64,000 nucleotides of DNA from Guillardia theta CCMP2712 (Eukaryota; Protista; Cryptophyta): positions 62,001 through 126,000 of the forward strand of contig NW_005434595.1 in assembly GCF_000315625.1 (NCBI RefSeq). Reading direction: 5' to 3'. Under the pieces are notes generated by a model that worked only from the letters and a program-made list of their open reading frames with translations, ran no database searches and was not told the DNA's origin. The position numbers were made by a program, and so were the translations under genes. Positions 50,129 to 63,800 of this stretch are shown in pieces (position 1 is the stretch's first letter; every line of letters starts with the position of its first letter).

Positions 50129-51248
50129 GAGGAAGTGGCTCATCTGTGAGAACAGAGATCACTACAGTCTCCACAATCTCTACGAGATGTCAGCAGCGTT
50201 CGTGTCATATCAAGTTCTGTCGGATCTCCTTCCTTCCCGCCCCCTCATACTTTCACGATCGGACGCCCCTGGCATCGGCCAGTGGGCTACAGTGATGGAT
50301 GACATGAAGTCTCAAGATTTCTCGTCTACTCTCTCTCGCCTGGTCAGCTCAGCGATCAGGTGAAACCTTCTCCTCCCCTCCCCTCCCCTCCTCTCCCCTC
50401 CCCTCCCCTCTCCTCTCCTCTCCTCTCCTCTCCTCTCCTGTCCTCTCCTGTCCTGTGCTGTCCTCTCCTCTCCTCTCCTCTCCTCTCCCCTTATCACTTC
50501 TTCTGTCCTCTCCTCTCCTGTCCTCTCCTCTCCTGTCCTCTCCAGTCCTCTCCTCTCCTCTCCTTTCCACCTCAACCTCATCCTCTTGCCTTATTAGTTT
50601 TCTCTCTTCGTTCTCTTAACGTTAAGCTCAGCTCGGGAATAGGAGGAGTCTCCCTGTTTGGAGGCGACGTCTGCGATCACAGCAGCAGAGGAGAGCGATG
50701 GGCTGAGTTTTGCCTCCGAAACCTTGAGATTTCCTCGCTCTTGCCGATCTTCTCAACAAGAGCAGAGACCCTTCATGCAATCCTGCATCCTTCTTCCAAG
50801 TTTGCAAGTGTGATGAAATTTCTGTTGAGAAGAAGGTACAGGTACGAGCATGATCGTGTCGAAGCGCGTGTTTGAGCTGACATGGGTCAAGTTTGACGAG
50901 CTACATCTACACCTGCGTGTACTTCTCGCACACTACGGGCGTTCCAGTGATTCGGCCGTTGCACATGGAGTTTTCAATGGCAGGAGACGAATCGAAGAAA
51001 GAAGAAGTAGCAGTGAGATGAGTTTGAAATCAGGATTTCACATCTTATCATATGTCGTCACAGAACAACATCATGTTCGTGCTCGGTTCATCTATCCTGG
51101 TCGTTGCAAACTTGAACATGGAAGGTAGCAGCATATCAGTGCAACTTCCTTCTCAGAGGTGAGAGGTTTGCCTGTAGCTCAAAGGAGATGATTTCTGAAA
51201 CTTGTAAGGTGGTACAACCTCAACAGCGGATTGGAAGAGAAGCGAAGT

Positions 51249-51279
<31 letters not shown>

Positions 51280-52654
51280 AAGGGGCAGGAAAGATCGTGC
51301 TATCTGCTAAACTTGGGATTTTACCGGTGGCGATTGTGATAAGACAAAGACAGCTTTGTTGACAAACTTGTATTGTTGTTTGCTTCTGCAGATGCTCTTG
51401 AAGGGAGGCTCAGTACTGTCTCTGCAGTTTCCCGCTACAAACATGAATGGTTTGTTTATCTTCATCTACAAACCCCGGTGATCTCGTTCGCAGACAAGAG
51501 TGAATCACCTTTCGTGTTTGTGTGCGCTCCGGACGAGGTGAGGAAAGAGAATATGAATGTTGAGAACAAGAATAATCCCTTGCGCTGTTTTGACTTGTCG
51601 AAAGTTGCCTTTGTCGCTCAATTTTGTCAAAATTATGATTCTTTTGCTCTTGATTTCTTGATTGTACCTGCAAGTCATTGTTCTTGCGCTCATCAAGAAT
51701 TTCTCTTCTTTTCATGGAAATATTTTTTGTTGTGCGCATGCGTGATTGTGGGCAGGCAGGGAAGGGGGCTGGAGACCTTTACCTGGACGATGGGAAGTCA
51801 CAGAAGAATGTTTTGAACGGTAAAGAGAGGAGAGGAGAGGAGAGGAGAAGAGAGGGGAGGAGAGGAGAAGAGAGGGGAGGAGAGAATGAGGAGAAGACAG
51901 GAAGAATACGAAAACGAGGAAAGAGAAGTGAATACAAAAACAAGACAATCAGGATAAGAAATTGAGGAACAAGAAACCAGCACGAGGATACAACATGACT
52001 TCTTCTGATGTTTTCTCTCTGACAGGAAGGTTCAACTTGTTGCGATCAAACTGTTTTGTCGACGGGAAGAATCAGTTGGGAAACTTTACATTGCAATCTC
52101 TTAAGAGAGACAGTGCCTCTCAACCAGGTCCAATGAGATCAGAGATTCGTAAGGTTGATGATTGGCGATATTTGTTGTTCATGCCGTGATTTTGTTCTGT
52201 ATCCTTCTTCACACAGATTGTCATCTTCGGCGCTTCTTTCCACCATCCAGCGCAACTAGTTGTGAGAGTGAACGGGGTGAGAAAGAGCGATGTCTGTACA
52301 TCTCGATTGTGATAAGTTGCTGCGCAGCATACGATGTCGAACAAGAGAATCTACTACGAGGAGACAAGAAGCATCTTACACATAGACTTGTTTCGTGCGT
52401 CCAGTCAAGCAGGGGAGAGAGAGACCGAGGAGAGGAAAGAAGATTTGTATGTCAAGAAGCCAGAGGAGAGGGGGAGGGAGGGGAAAGAGGAGGAGAGGGG
52501 AAGGCAGGGAGACAGAAGGGTTGATACGATTGCTCCTTGGGATTGGATGGAGCCAAGGGAGGAGAAGGGAAAGGCCGGGATGCAAGGAGAGGAGGGAGAA
52601 GGCAAGCTCGACGTTCTGAATGATCTCCATGTAGATTGGAGGATAGAGATGTGA
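47117..52654 (+). CDS. Secreted EGF x3 - trefoil - GH31 (alpha-glucosidase/MGAM-like) protein with degenerate catalytic motifs
   Basis: Signal peptide; EGF/EGF-Ca (NINEC, [29 protein letters not shown]); trefoil (QRINC...CVHRGCCW...PCYYP); GH31 segments PFGLIVQR, FRMIGGEIDL, PPLWSLG, YLDFFNP, HYSLHNLY, RPLILSRS, GGDVC, VIRPLHMEF, GDLYLDDG. Confidence 0.9.
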
Positions 52655-52967
52655 GAAGGATCGATATGATGTGAAAGATGTAAAGATAACAAGGTGTTGT
52701 GACTTTTCTCAATGAATTTGTCATGAATATGCTAGTTTACATGTCCTCCTTCCCTCCTTTCTCCTCTCCACCCTGAAGTTTCTCTCCCTCCCCTCTTTTT
52801 CTGCTTCTTCCCTCCTCCCCCTCTCCTCCCTCGCTGCTGCTTCAGCCCTTGTGGGAGGTCAGTGGACGACGAGCGGGGGATGTGAATTGAGGGCGCGAAA
52901 TGACGCGAGCGGTGAAGGGGCGAGGAGACTGAAAGCTTGAAAGACTGCGCCAGAGTGAGAAACGGTC

Positions 52968-52981
52968 ATGATGATGATGAC

Positions 52982-53019
<38 letters not shown>

Positions 53020-53050
53020 CGATGATGATGATGACGATGATGATGATGAC

Positions 53051-53132
<82 letters not shown>

Positions 53133-53138
53133 AGAGAG
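52968..53138. repeat. (GAT/GAC)n microsatellite next to the gap
   Basis: Direct read. Confidence 0.97.
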
Positions 53139-53238
53139 NNNNNNNNNNNNNNNNNNNNNNNNNNNNNNNNNNNNNNNNNNNNNNNNNNNNNNNNNNNNNN
53201 NNNNNNNNNNNNNNNNNNNNNNNNNNNNNNNNNNNNNN
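53139..53238. other. Assembly gap (100 N)
   Basis: Run of N flanked by microsatellites. Confidence 1.
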
Positions 53239-53253
53239 GAGAGAGAGAGGAGG

Positions 53254-53289
<36 letters not shown>

Positions 53290-53329
53290 GAGGAGGAGGA
53301 AGAGAAGGAGCAGGAGGAGCAGGAGGAAA

Positions 53330-56300
53330 GGGTTCAAACTCACGAGGCTGAGGATGGGCAGAAGGTGCTCCTTAGCTTGGAGAGGTTGAGCTGAGCGAGA
53401 CTGAAGGAAGCGTCGGGAGAGGAGGAGAACGCTTCTGCTCCTTCTCGTTCTTCTGCTGAGTCTGAGAATCTAGAGGGAGCATGCTCAGCTGATCCCAAAC
53501 ATGAAGAGGGATAGAAGAAGAAAATGGGAGGGGGAGGAGGAGGAGAAAGAAGAGCGACGAGAAGAATAATGAAGAGGAATCAGCAGGAGGGGCGAGCAGA
53601 AGAAAGAGCAGGAGCGGGAAGACAGGGCAGGGAGGGGAAGCAAGGAGCAGGGAGCAGGGAGCAGGGAGCAGGGAGCAGGGAGCAGGGAGCAGGGAGCAGG
53701 GAGCAGGGAGCAGGGAGCAGGGAGCAGGGAGCAGGGAGCAGGGAGCAGGGAGCAGGGAGCAGGAGCGAGAGGAGGGAGAGGGCTGAAGAAGCAGCGTGTA
53801 TGCCTGAGGTCGGGGGTGAGGATGGAATCAAGATTGAGAGCGCGGGGGATGCTCGTCCTGCTCATCCTCGACCACTTGGGAGTGACTGAAGCAGAAATAG
53901 GACGAGACTGAGAAGAATGTCAGAGGAGGAGGAGGAGCGAGCAGGAGGAGCAGGAGGAAGGAAAGAAATGAGGAGGAGGGGGGTGGGAGGAAGCGAAGAA
54001 TGGGGAGAGGGGAGGGGAAGAAGAAAGAGGGAGGCGGAGAGGGAGGGGAGAAGAGGAGGAGGGAGTACACGACAGACGAGGGCGGGAAAGAGGGAGAGAG
54101 GTGCGGAGGGACGAGGGAGACAAGAGAGGAGAGGAGAGGAGAGGAGGAGGAGGAGGAGGAGAAGGAGGACAGGGTCACCTTGGAGGATGGAGCTGGAGTA
54201 TGAGCAGAGGAACTTGCTCCGACGGGGAGGAGAAGTTTCTCAGAGGACAGAGGTGCACGGATAGGACCACTTGAAGATGCTCTAGGACGAGGAGGGGGAG
54301 AGGAGAAGTCGAGGGGAGGAGAGTGAGGAGGAGGAGGAGGGCACAACCAGCCTTCGTTCAAGCTCGGAACCACCTTGATGACTTCATCGAAGAGGAAGGG
54401 GATTTCTTCCTGCTCGTGCTCCCTCCTGGCCTTGATGCTTCCTGACGCGCTCGCGTCTACAACGTTGCCGGTGGATGAGAAGATGCGATCGATGTCAGAG
54501 ATGATGTCTTGTTTCATGAGATGCTGTTTGAGATCTTCTCTGTTCATCTCAACACTCCCCGGTGATGTTTCTTTGTTGTCGTCCTTTGTGGTTTCATTTT
54601 TGTCCTCCATCATAACAAACTCGTTGAGAGTTTTCTCCACGTGGAGCTTGTGCGATGAGAGAGAGAAGCTAGAGGGCTGTTCTTTCCTCCATATCCTGTC
54701 AAGATCTTCCTTCTCATCGATGAAAATGTTTGCTCTTTGAGTTTGTGTCGACGTCGACGTCATAGTTCTTCGAATTTCTTCCCTCAACATGCACTTCTCG
54801 CAAACATGATGGTGATGGTGGTGATGTTGATGATGATTGATGTTGTTGTTGTTGACTTGATATTCCTCCGAGTCTGTCTCATCGGAATCGGAGCTCAACG
54901 TGTCAACTTCGTTCACTTGTACATCCTTGTCAGCAGTGGAAGGAGTAACAAAGAGGTTTGGGTCGTCAACAAACAGTGACGCGCCTTGTATGAAACCTGT
55001 TATGTGTTGTTCGTTGAGAGAATTCTTGGAGCTATCCATTTCTTTTATCTTTTTCTTGATGTCTTCAACAGCAATCTTCCTGTTGTTCTTGTTCTTTTCC
55101 ATAACTTCCATTGCAAACTTTGCGCCTTCACGGAAAGCAAGTTTGAACATGACCAACTTTCTTTCTGCTGCCTCCTGTGACTTCTTCTCGCCATGGACCA
55201 GCCCTTGACGGAAGAAATCATACCTGATCGCGTTCGCCTGCTCAGTTGAGAGCGCAAGGGCAGCATTCATCTTCTTGATTTCTTGCTCGAACGTCATCAT
55301 GTCTTGCAGAGTGTTCTTGTAGTTCTCTCTTCTCGTAACCATTCTCGATGATGATTGCAACTTTGCAGCAGCTGCACTCTTCTGCTCGTGCTGACGTCGC
55401 AAAGTTTCATAGGCGTGTCTGAACAACGTTCTGTTCCGCTTGTCCACTTTCATCAAGTTTGCACAACCTTGTAAGAAGCTTGCGAGAGAGACATTTCCAT
55501 CTTGATTGCATATCTCGATCATCAGCAACTCAACTAGCTGAAATTGCATCCCGGCAGTGAGCAGATCGTCTTTTACCAATGATTGCGATAGAGAATGCTT
55601 CCCTCCAATGTTGATCATCCTGAACATTGCACTCAACATCTCTTCATGTTCTTCCATCTTGAAGTCGTCTTCAACCTTCAACCTCACTGTTGTGATATTG
55701 TGTTTCATCTTTTCGATCAGCATCCGTAAATCTGTTTCCTCCCTGATATCTTCAAACCTTACACGATTGTCGTAAGTCAACGCGTTCTTCCCTATCCTTG
55801 TGAACTTCCAAGAGCTGTTCGGAGAAGATAACATGCATATGACTTGTAGAACAACATTCAAAATGTCAATCGCTCTAAGATAATCGTCATGAAAGTTTTC
55901 TCACCGATGGGTTTACAAACTATCTTGGTTGCGATCTCAAACTCCATTGAGCACACTGAGGAAGAACAGTATTCGTCGCTCATGAAAATCAGAATCACTT
56001 GGCTGTGCGACATGGCCTGTAGAGCATGATCAACAAGGAGAGGAAAATCACACAACAGCGAGAAACATGATGACGAAAGATCAAGAATGAAAAGTTCAAG
56101 TTCTGCAACAGCATTCAACATGGGACAACCTGCAAGATATTGTGAAACTTGTCAACATGGACATTCTTGTTCTGTGCATGCGAGGCAAGACAGCACTTCT
56201 TCGTCTCAAACTCGCTGATCCACGGACTCTCTTCCAGTATCGCCGCAATGCGAACAGGATCGCTAAGTTTGCCTCCTGCAAGCATGCTTTCCGGAATCTG

Positions 56301-58871
56301 CTATGGTTTGAGACGAGAGGAGTAAAGAAGACGAGGAAAGAGAAAAGAGGAGAGGAGAGGAGAGGAGAGGAGAGGAGAGGAGAGGAGAGGAGGGGACAGG
56401 AAAGGAGATGTAAAACAAGGACGATGTTTGTCAACGACTTGCCTCATTATTCTGTACAGCCGTGAATGAATTTCTGATGCAATAGCTGAAGTAGAGAGCA
56501 AAACTGTTTGTCTCCTCGCCCTTTCCGTCCTTCCTTTTCTTCTCCTCAACATGCAAATGCTGTCGGATTCTCTGCAAGCAAGAGAAAACATCGTCAGCGT
56601 CTACAAACTTGAGCTTCGACTCATCGTCGACATCTCACTTTGATCAAACTCTGACTCCTCACACCCCACGATTCCTTTCCCGTCACATCTTCAATCTTTA
56701 ATCCCTGGATACTGAGATTAGAACAACACAACAACTCTGTTCGAACATTGTTCTGACCTTGAGCATACTTCCCATCTCAGTCTCTTCGCTCATCATTGAA
56801 TTGTTTTCATCCACATCCTTTGCAATCACCACCGGAATGACGACGAGACTTTCTCTCTCTACAAGGAGCCGAAAATGTCGCAAACATCGCCTGTCCTTGG
56901 CATACGAATCGCTGAAAGAAAATATCACAAAGATACGGATTTGCATCATCATCATCAACAACAACAACAACAACAACAACAACATCATCATCATTTTCCA
57001 TCATCATCATTACCTGAGCAAGAACAAAACAACAACTGCGTCAAGAACTTTGCCATCTGCCATCGGGTCGTCTTCACCATCTCCACCACATGCTACAAGT
57101 TCCTTTCCTGCCCACCAAGTCAAACCCCAGAACATCACTCCTCGTCTTGCACTTCCTCCCTTCTGCTCCTCCTCCCCCGCCACCACCACATCCTTCCCTC
57201 CTGTCCTCCTCGCGTTCCTGCTCCCACCCACCTCTGTTCCTCTCCTCCTTCTCCCTCCTTCTCCTCGCTCCTCCTTCCTCCTCCTCCTCTCACCCAGCAT
57301 CGTTCCCAGCGCCTCCTGCATCTCCTCGGGGCTTCTAGTCCCTGCCGGGCCATCTGCCAGCGTCGGATGCCAAGTGATTACGACCCCAGCAGGCCTCCGC
57401 CAGGGCTCCAGCTGAGACTTAAGACTGTCGTTGTAGACTTTCTTCCTGCAGTCGCACCTCGACCCCACCAGCTGCATCGAGAGCTGCGACGATCGAGCAA
57501 GCCATGCTTCATCCTCCATGTCCTCCAACTCCCTACCCACCTCCGACCCGCTCCCACCGTCCTCGGGCTCGGGTAAGACCTCCCTCTCGTGCTTGAAGAT
57601 GACTCTTCCTGCGCTCTCAACCCTGACAGGCTGCTGGGTTGTAGCTGGAGGAAGCGGCTGCTGGGCCACGACAAGCTTCTCCTCTTCCTCCTCCAACCTG
57701 TGAAGGCTGCTGGGCTCCAGCTGGTCGTTGCTCGTCCTCGTCGACTTGGGCGTGTCCGACGGCGTCCTGACTTCACCTCCCTGAAGACTCAAATCCTGTG
57801 CGCTTCCGTTCTGCCTGCTCCATCTGCTCATACTCTTCCGCCTCCCAGAGCTGAGCGAGTTCGACCTCGTCCTCTGCAGGCTCATCCTTGACATCTGCAC
57901 ATTCAGCGGGACGTCGGAGTAAACGTCGATCCCGCACGCCACGACTTGGTTGATCATTGCTTGCAACCTGCTGATTTGAACATCCCGCATGTCCAACTCC
58001 GTTCGATGCCTGATCTTGACCGCCTCTACCTCGCTCTTGTAACCATCAAAGTCACTCTGTAACGACTGCAACGCACTCGCCATCCGCGTCTCGTACTGGC
58101 TCTCGATGGTAGCGATCTGATCTGAGATGATCTGAGCAGCAGCATCTCTTACCCTTGACAGCTTCTCTTTGTACAGGTTGTCATGGTATCTCACAACAAA
58201 AGCAAATCGGTCCGACAAATCCTCTAGCTGCTTGTGAATCTCATCGTGGACAAGAGCAGGGAGTGTCTCGCTGGTATCTGTCACCCGCTGATTCAATCTC
58301 TGCAGCTTCTGCTCAATCTCGATGACCTGGACCAACAACAGTCCGTCAAACATGTCAGCAGCAGACTCCCTCTCCCAATCTATCGATCACCTCCTCTTGC
58401 AGTTGCGTGATCTGCCTTCTGGTTGCAAACGCCCCTCTTTGCTGTCTAATGACGTTGATGTCTGATGACAGTTCTGAGCTAACAAGCGCTTGTGCCGATG
58501 GTAACGTGGACTCAGAGTCTTCATCCTCCACTACAAGAATCTGAAAATTCACTTCCGCCGTGAGTGGAAGCGAGTAAACTCCAACGCTGCTCACCGATCC
58601 CAGCTTCTGCGAGATGTTCTGCACGAACGAGTCCATCTTGTGGTTCACTCGAGCTTCTACTTCTAGCTTCCACTTGGCATGCTCGTTTGAAACAGCGTCT
58701 TGAAACGTTTGGATCTGAAAGTCACCATAAGGCTAATACCACTCTCTACCTCCCTTCGCCACATACCAGCTCCTGAGACGGAACATCTAGTGGTGACATG
58801 CCTGGTGGCACCACCTTGTCAAGCAGAGATCTTCCTGCGAAGTCAGTGATGGCTGACTGAATCTGGCTCAT
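53330..58871 (-). CDS. Large protein: coiled coil + two TIR-like domains + degenerate EF-hand pair + coiled coil
   Basis: ORFs 58355-58648, 57010-58353, 56698-56994, 55858-56121 and 53828-55861. TIR-like IFVIFSFSDSYAKDRRCLRHF...VIPVVI and AMSHSQVILIFMSDEYCSSSVCSMEFEIA...KPI. Single-gene joining is inferred. Confidence 0.6.
53644..53762. repeat. (GGAGCAG)n heptamer repeat
   Basis: Direct read; about 16 units. Confidence 0.95.
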
Positions 58872-59447
58872 TGCTGGGCCTATCTCTTTGGTGAACCGCT
58901 TCGTGATCAGAAAACTTTCAGGGCGATCATTATCAGATTGCAGTTTGAACCTCAAACTCACTGCGCCCCTTGGTTTTTGTCTTCTTCCTCTTGTTCATCA
59001 GGCTGTAGCCCTCGAGACTGTAGACTTGCTACAACTACTCCCGCCGTGATTGTCCGATCGGTTCAAAGTTTCAAGTCACTGTGAAGCCGCACGTCACTTG
59101 GTTGACCACTGCGACGGTTTCTCATACACTGACCCTCGGCTGCATCCTCTCCACAGTCTCCCTTCCTCCTCCGCCTCCTCTCGCTCTCTCTCCCTGCGCT
59201 GCCATGGGGAAGACCTAGCCATAACTAGCGATGCTCTGCCGGTTGTCAGATGAGGCTCATACCGCCCGCTGATATTGACTCACGGGGACCCCTTGAGGGG
59301 TGGGGTGGTTCTGATTGCAATTTGAGGGGTACAAGAAACATCGAGTTTTCAACGGGAAATGTAACGAATATTCAACGATTATAACCGCTCAACGGCCGAA
59401 AAAATGCCGTGATGATCGATTGAGGGAAGCAGGAGCAGGAGGAAATG

Positions 59448-59484
<37 letters not shown>

Positions 59485-59679
59485 TAGGATGGGATGTGGT
59501 ATCTGCAAGAACATGTCGTATTTGCAAGAATTATTCGCTTGTTCGGGCAAGTATGTGCAGGAAAGAGATAAATACTGAAGGGGGGCACGGGAGTTTGCAG
59601 AAGCAGGATTCTTGTCTTGGAACGTGAACAATGATCTACTTCTGACTGTTACACTTGCTCTGCTCAGGTTCAGGCTGCA

Positions 59680-60827
59680 ATGAGTGATGCGGAGGAGATA
59701 TGCGAGATGTTCCTGTCATACCCGAACGGGCTCACACTAACGCAAGCTGGGAACTATGAGGAGATATATGACGATTCTTTCGTTGCCTCAGTGCCATCAG
59801 TACGTTCTCTGCCACCATGAGAGGGAAAGTGACATGCTGCTGCTTCACAGCCCAAGAAAGAAGGTGGCCTCGTTAACTACAGCCGAGAGGAGTGGTTGTC
59901 TCTTATCAAGGTCTACTGCCCTCCTTCAAACTCATCCATGACGGTTGTTCAGGCGTTGGTCAAGGGCCTGCCGGACTGGACGTTTGGAGGAAGCATTTGG
60001 AGGCCGCTCGACGACGAGCAAGGATGGGACGACGAGGAGACGGGGGAAGGGACGATACGCCACCTACACTTGTCCACGAAGATGTTTGGAACGCACACAG
60101 GAGACGGCCCCAACCTGCTGAAGCTGGAGGGGAGAGACTTCAAGCCGACATTCAAGGAAGTTGTGTTTCCCGTAGAATGGTGGACGCTGTCGATCAACAC
60201 GAGGAAGGTTCCTCCAAAGATTGTTGCGTTACAGGTGCTTGGTTGTTTGTGTTGCTGCCTGCAACCTTACCACCCGTGCAGTTCAAGAAGGTGCTGGACA
60301 CGTCTGCCTGCTCCACTGGTGGCTACAGTCTAGTCCCTGGCCTCCTCTTCGCTATCGGCAAGCCGCTCTCCCCTCCCCCCATGTCCCTGCAGTACCCGTT
60401 CGCTTGCTTCCCACCACACGATGCTGTCGATGTGGAGGATCCCAACTGGTGGCAGCTGAGAATGGAGATATTTCATATTGTGAGCGAAACTTGCATGCAG
60501 GAGTTTGAAAAATGGGTTGTGAATTCACTTCTCTCCCGCAGATTACGGAGAAAACACCGGAGGAGAAGGAGGAGATGAAACGAAACATCGATCGACAGGT
60601 GCTTCAAACTTGTGTAGATTCATTTCCTATTAGAGATAGACCTGCGTCACTGATTGACCTCTTTTTCAAAAACATCGGCTTGCGATTCTTGGGGACAGTC
60701 ACGCGAATTGCAACAAAACCTTGATTACCTCAACGCAGTAGAAGTGTACACAGAGCTGCCCATCAAGCCGGCGCAGCAAGAAGAAAACAAAGAGGAACAG
60801 ACAAGCACGTCGAATGGAACAAGCTAA
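59680..60827 (+). CDS. Hypothetical multi-exon protein
   Basis: Exons MSDAEEICEMFLSYPNG..., ORF 59896-60333, FKKVLDTS...QEFEKW and ITEKTPEE...; stop TAA 60825-60827. Confidence 0.5.
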
Positions 60828-60835
60828 AGCCTGAA

Positions 60836-63800
60836 TCACATGGATGGCTCCTTGTTTGCTGACAACCTCACTCCTCCTGTCAAGTTCATGCGCTCAGTGA
60901 AGGATATCTCTTCAGATCGCCTTGGGATGCTGTTTGACGCCGAGTCTCCTTTTCCTGTACATAGAATCAAATAAAATATCATCGTAATCGACTGCACCCA
61001 CCGATTTGTCTCACAGTAGCACAAGTGACCTGCCAACAAGCCGTAAACCCTCACTCCTCTCCCTCCTCCTCTCTCTCACATGCAGCAAAGTCTTGCCGGT
61101 AGACAGCTTCTGCGTGTTATATGACAACTGTGCATCATGTGTGCCGGCCAGCAGCCCCTTCCACGCCTCCTCCAGCGTCGACAACTTCTCCTGCTCCTCC
61201 GCCAGGATCATCTTGAAGTTTGCATAGTCGGAGGCTCTGTTGGACTCGTGCTGGGCTTTCAGCTCCATCATGTCCTTCACGTGCGCTCTCTCAAGCAGCG
61301 CACGCTCATGCTGCCAAGTTTTGTCGTCCTGCTGGTCCGAATCTTCCTCCTCCTCCTTCTTCTCCAACATCCTCTGTAGATCCTCCATCACACTTTGGTC
61401 CCTCTGCCTTGCTCGTCGCTCGTGCTCTAGGGCAGATCTAGTTATCTTGAGATCTTTCTGAAGTCGTTCGACTTCCCTTGCCAAGCTCGGCTCACCGTTC
61501 CTCAAGATCGGCTCCTCTTGCCCCTCGCTGCCTGCCTGGTCACCTGCTCTGAGCTCCAGCAGCTCCGCCTGGCAGAACTTCAACTCGTTCACCACCTTCT
61601 CGTACTCGTTTCTCAGCTTCATGTGCTCTTTCTGAAGCTCAGACAAGGTCGACGGGAAGTTTTCCCGAATCTTCTCCGGTGAGGACAAGAGCTGGATCTC
61701 CTCTGTGTGATGATCCTGTATCCTCTCAAGCTCCTTCTTATGTCTCAGCGTCATCTCAAGTTTCTCTTTCTCCCATGCTTCTCTTTCCTTGGTCAGCTCT
61801 GCTTGCAACCTCCTGTTAAACTCCTCCTTCTCTTCCGCCCATGCTCGCTTCTCTCGCGCTAGCTGCGCCATCTCCTCCGCCCATCGCAGCTCGTCCACCT
61901 TTCGCTCCTGAGCCCATCGCTTCTTCTCGCTCAGGAGCTGAGCGCGCTCGTTGACTTCTCCTTCGGTGTCGACGGTCTCGTTCAGGATCGGAGAGTTTGA
62001 CCTGTGCGACAGTTGGTTCGGCGATCTCACACGGCCAGAGGAGTATTGGCTCATGACTGCTCGTAGATCTTCCATCTGTAACTTCAAGTCAACATCTCTC
62101 TCATCACTTGATGCATGTGCGAACACGCCATGTGTTCATGTGAAGTTAGAATCGTTCAAGCGTCTTGCCTACCCCTTGTCACCGTCTTCATACAGCTATT
62201 CACCTTCACTACCCTTCACCGAGGACATTTCCTTGCTGTACTCTCTGCTCTCCTGTACATTCTATTCGCAAATCTCACGCGTAACAACCTTCTCCCTTCC
62301 TTTTCTCATCGTAAGTCTCCTTATCACTCTCCTCCTCTCTGCTCTCCTTCTCCCCTCCCCCTCCCTCTCCCCCTCCCCCTCCCCCTCCCTTCCAGCATTG
62401 AACTTCCAGCAAGAGTATCCCTACTACCCTACCTTGAAACAGTGGATGATACTCAGGGATCAGTACCCCTTCTTCGCTTTAACACAGTACCACCACCCTC
62501 TCTGGAGCAGAGCAAGTCTAATTTCGTTTTCACCGGGAGAGGGAGGGGAGAGGGAGGGAGGGAGAGGGAGGGGAGAGGGAGGGGAGAGGGAGGGGAGAGG
62601 GAGGGGAGAGGGAGGGAGAGGGAGGGAGAGGGAGGGAGAGCGAGGGGAGGAGGGAGGAGGGAGGAGAAAGGAGAAAGGAGGAGGTCGCAGAGGAGGAGTC
62701 AGGACAGCATGCAACACGCTTGTTTCATACAGCCATAGCTCCAACTCCTTGTTTACTTCTACTATACAGCCCCAGGTCGCCCCCACTGAGGCTGCGCCAT
62801 GCGCATGTGCGGGGGGGGGGCGTGTCCCGGAGACCTCTGGCCCATCTGGTTGGCAGGATGGCCCTGCATCTCCTTCGCCATGTCCATCTTCTTCGGCTTC
62901 TTCCTGATCTGCTCGTCGCATGTCAGTTACTTTCACCCCCAACCTCCAGACCCACCTTGTCTCCGATGCCTCCCGCCGTCATGACCGAGGCTGTGCGCTT
63001 CCTCTTGACGGATCTCAGCGATCCTCCGTACTTCGCGTTCAGCCTCTCCATCTCTGCTGCGTGTTTGGCCTGTTGAAACATGAGCAGAGCAGAAGCACAG
63101 GGGAAGGAGCAGAGCACAAGATAGGGAGGGCACTCACAGCAAGCTCTTCCTCCTCCTGCCTCATACGGTCGGCAGTCGCAGATCCCTCCCTTACAGTTGC
63201 CTGTAGACGCCGTCAGCTGTCCTCCTGCTGCACTCGCGGCTTCACCTGCATCTCTCGGAGCTTAGCTAGTTTGGTCTTGTACTCAGTTGTCAGGATCATT
63301 TGCTCGCGTGCTTGCAGCATCTCAGGGCCGAGGGTAGAGGGGCGCGTGTTCCTCCCCTACACGCCACACCAGTGAGAACAAACAGAGCAGGTCAGGCGCC
63401 TTGAACAAAACCTTGATTCCACGGACTTCGTTGATCACCACTTCCAGGCATCGACAGAAGTCCGTCTTGTCTCCCCAGTATCTCCTCTCCTCCTTGGGCA
63501 CTTTGGCTTTCCTCTCAACTTCCGACGCCTGAATTGTATCTGTCAGAAGGTATGGAGGATGATAAAGTACAAGAAACCTCAGCCAAGGCAGCTGGCACGC
63601 TGAAAGTGACGTAATCATCCTGCTGCTCCACAACGTCCCACCTTGATGTATTATCAGTTTGGATTCCTTTCCTGCTCCCTGATGCACCTCAGCCGCTGCA
63701 GAACAATATCTCTGTGCAGAGCCCAAGCTTTGTATCGGAAGCATCCATTCTGGAGACTTGCGTATCAGTGGGAAGGAGAGCAGAAAACGCTCTTCTACCT

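Noticed and set aside
52966-53394. Poly-Met/Asp/Ser ORFs
   Set aside because: Microsatellite plus N gap artefacts.
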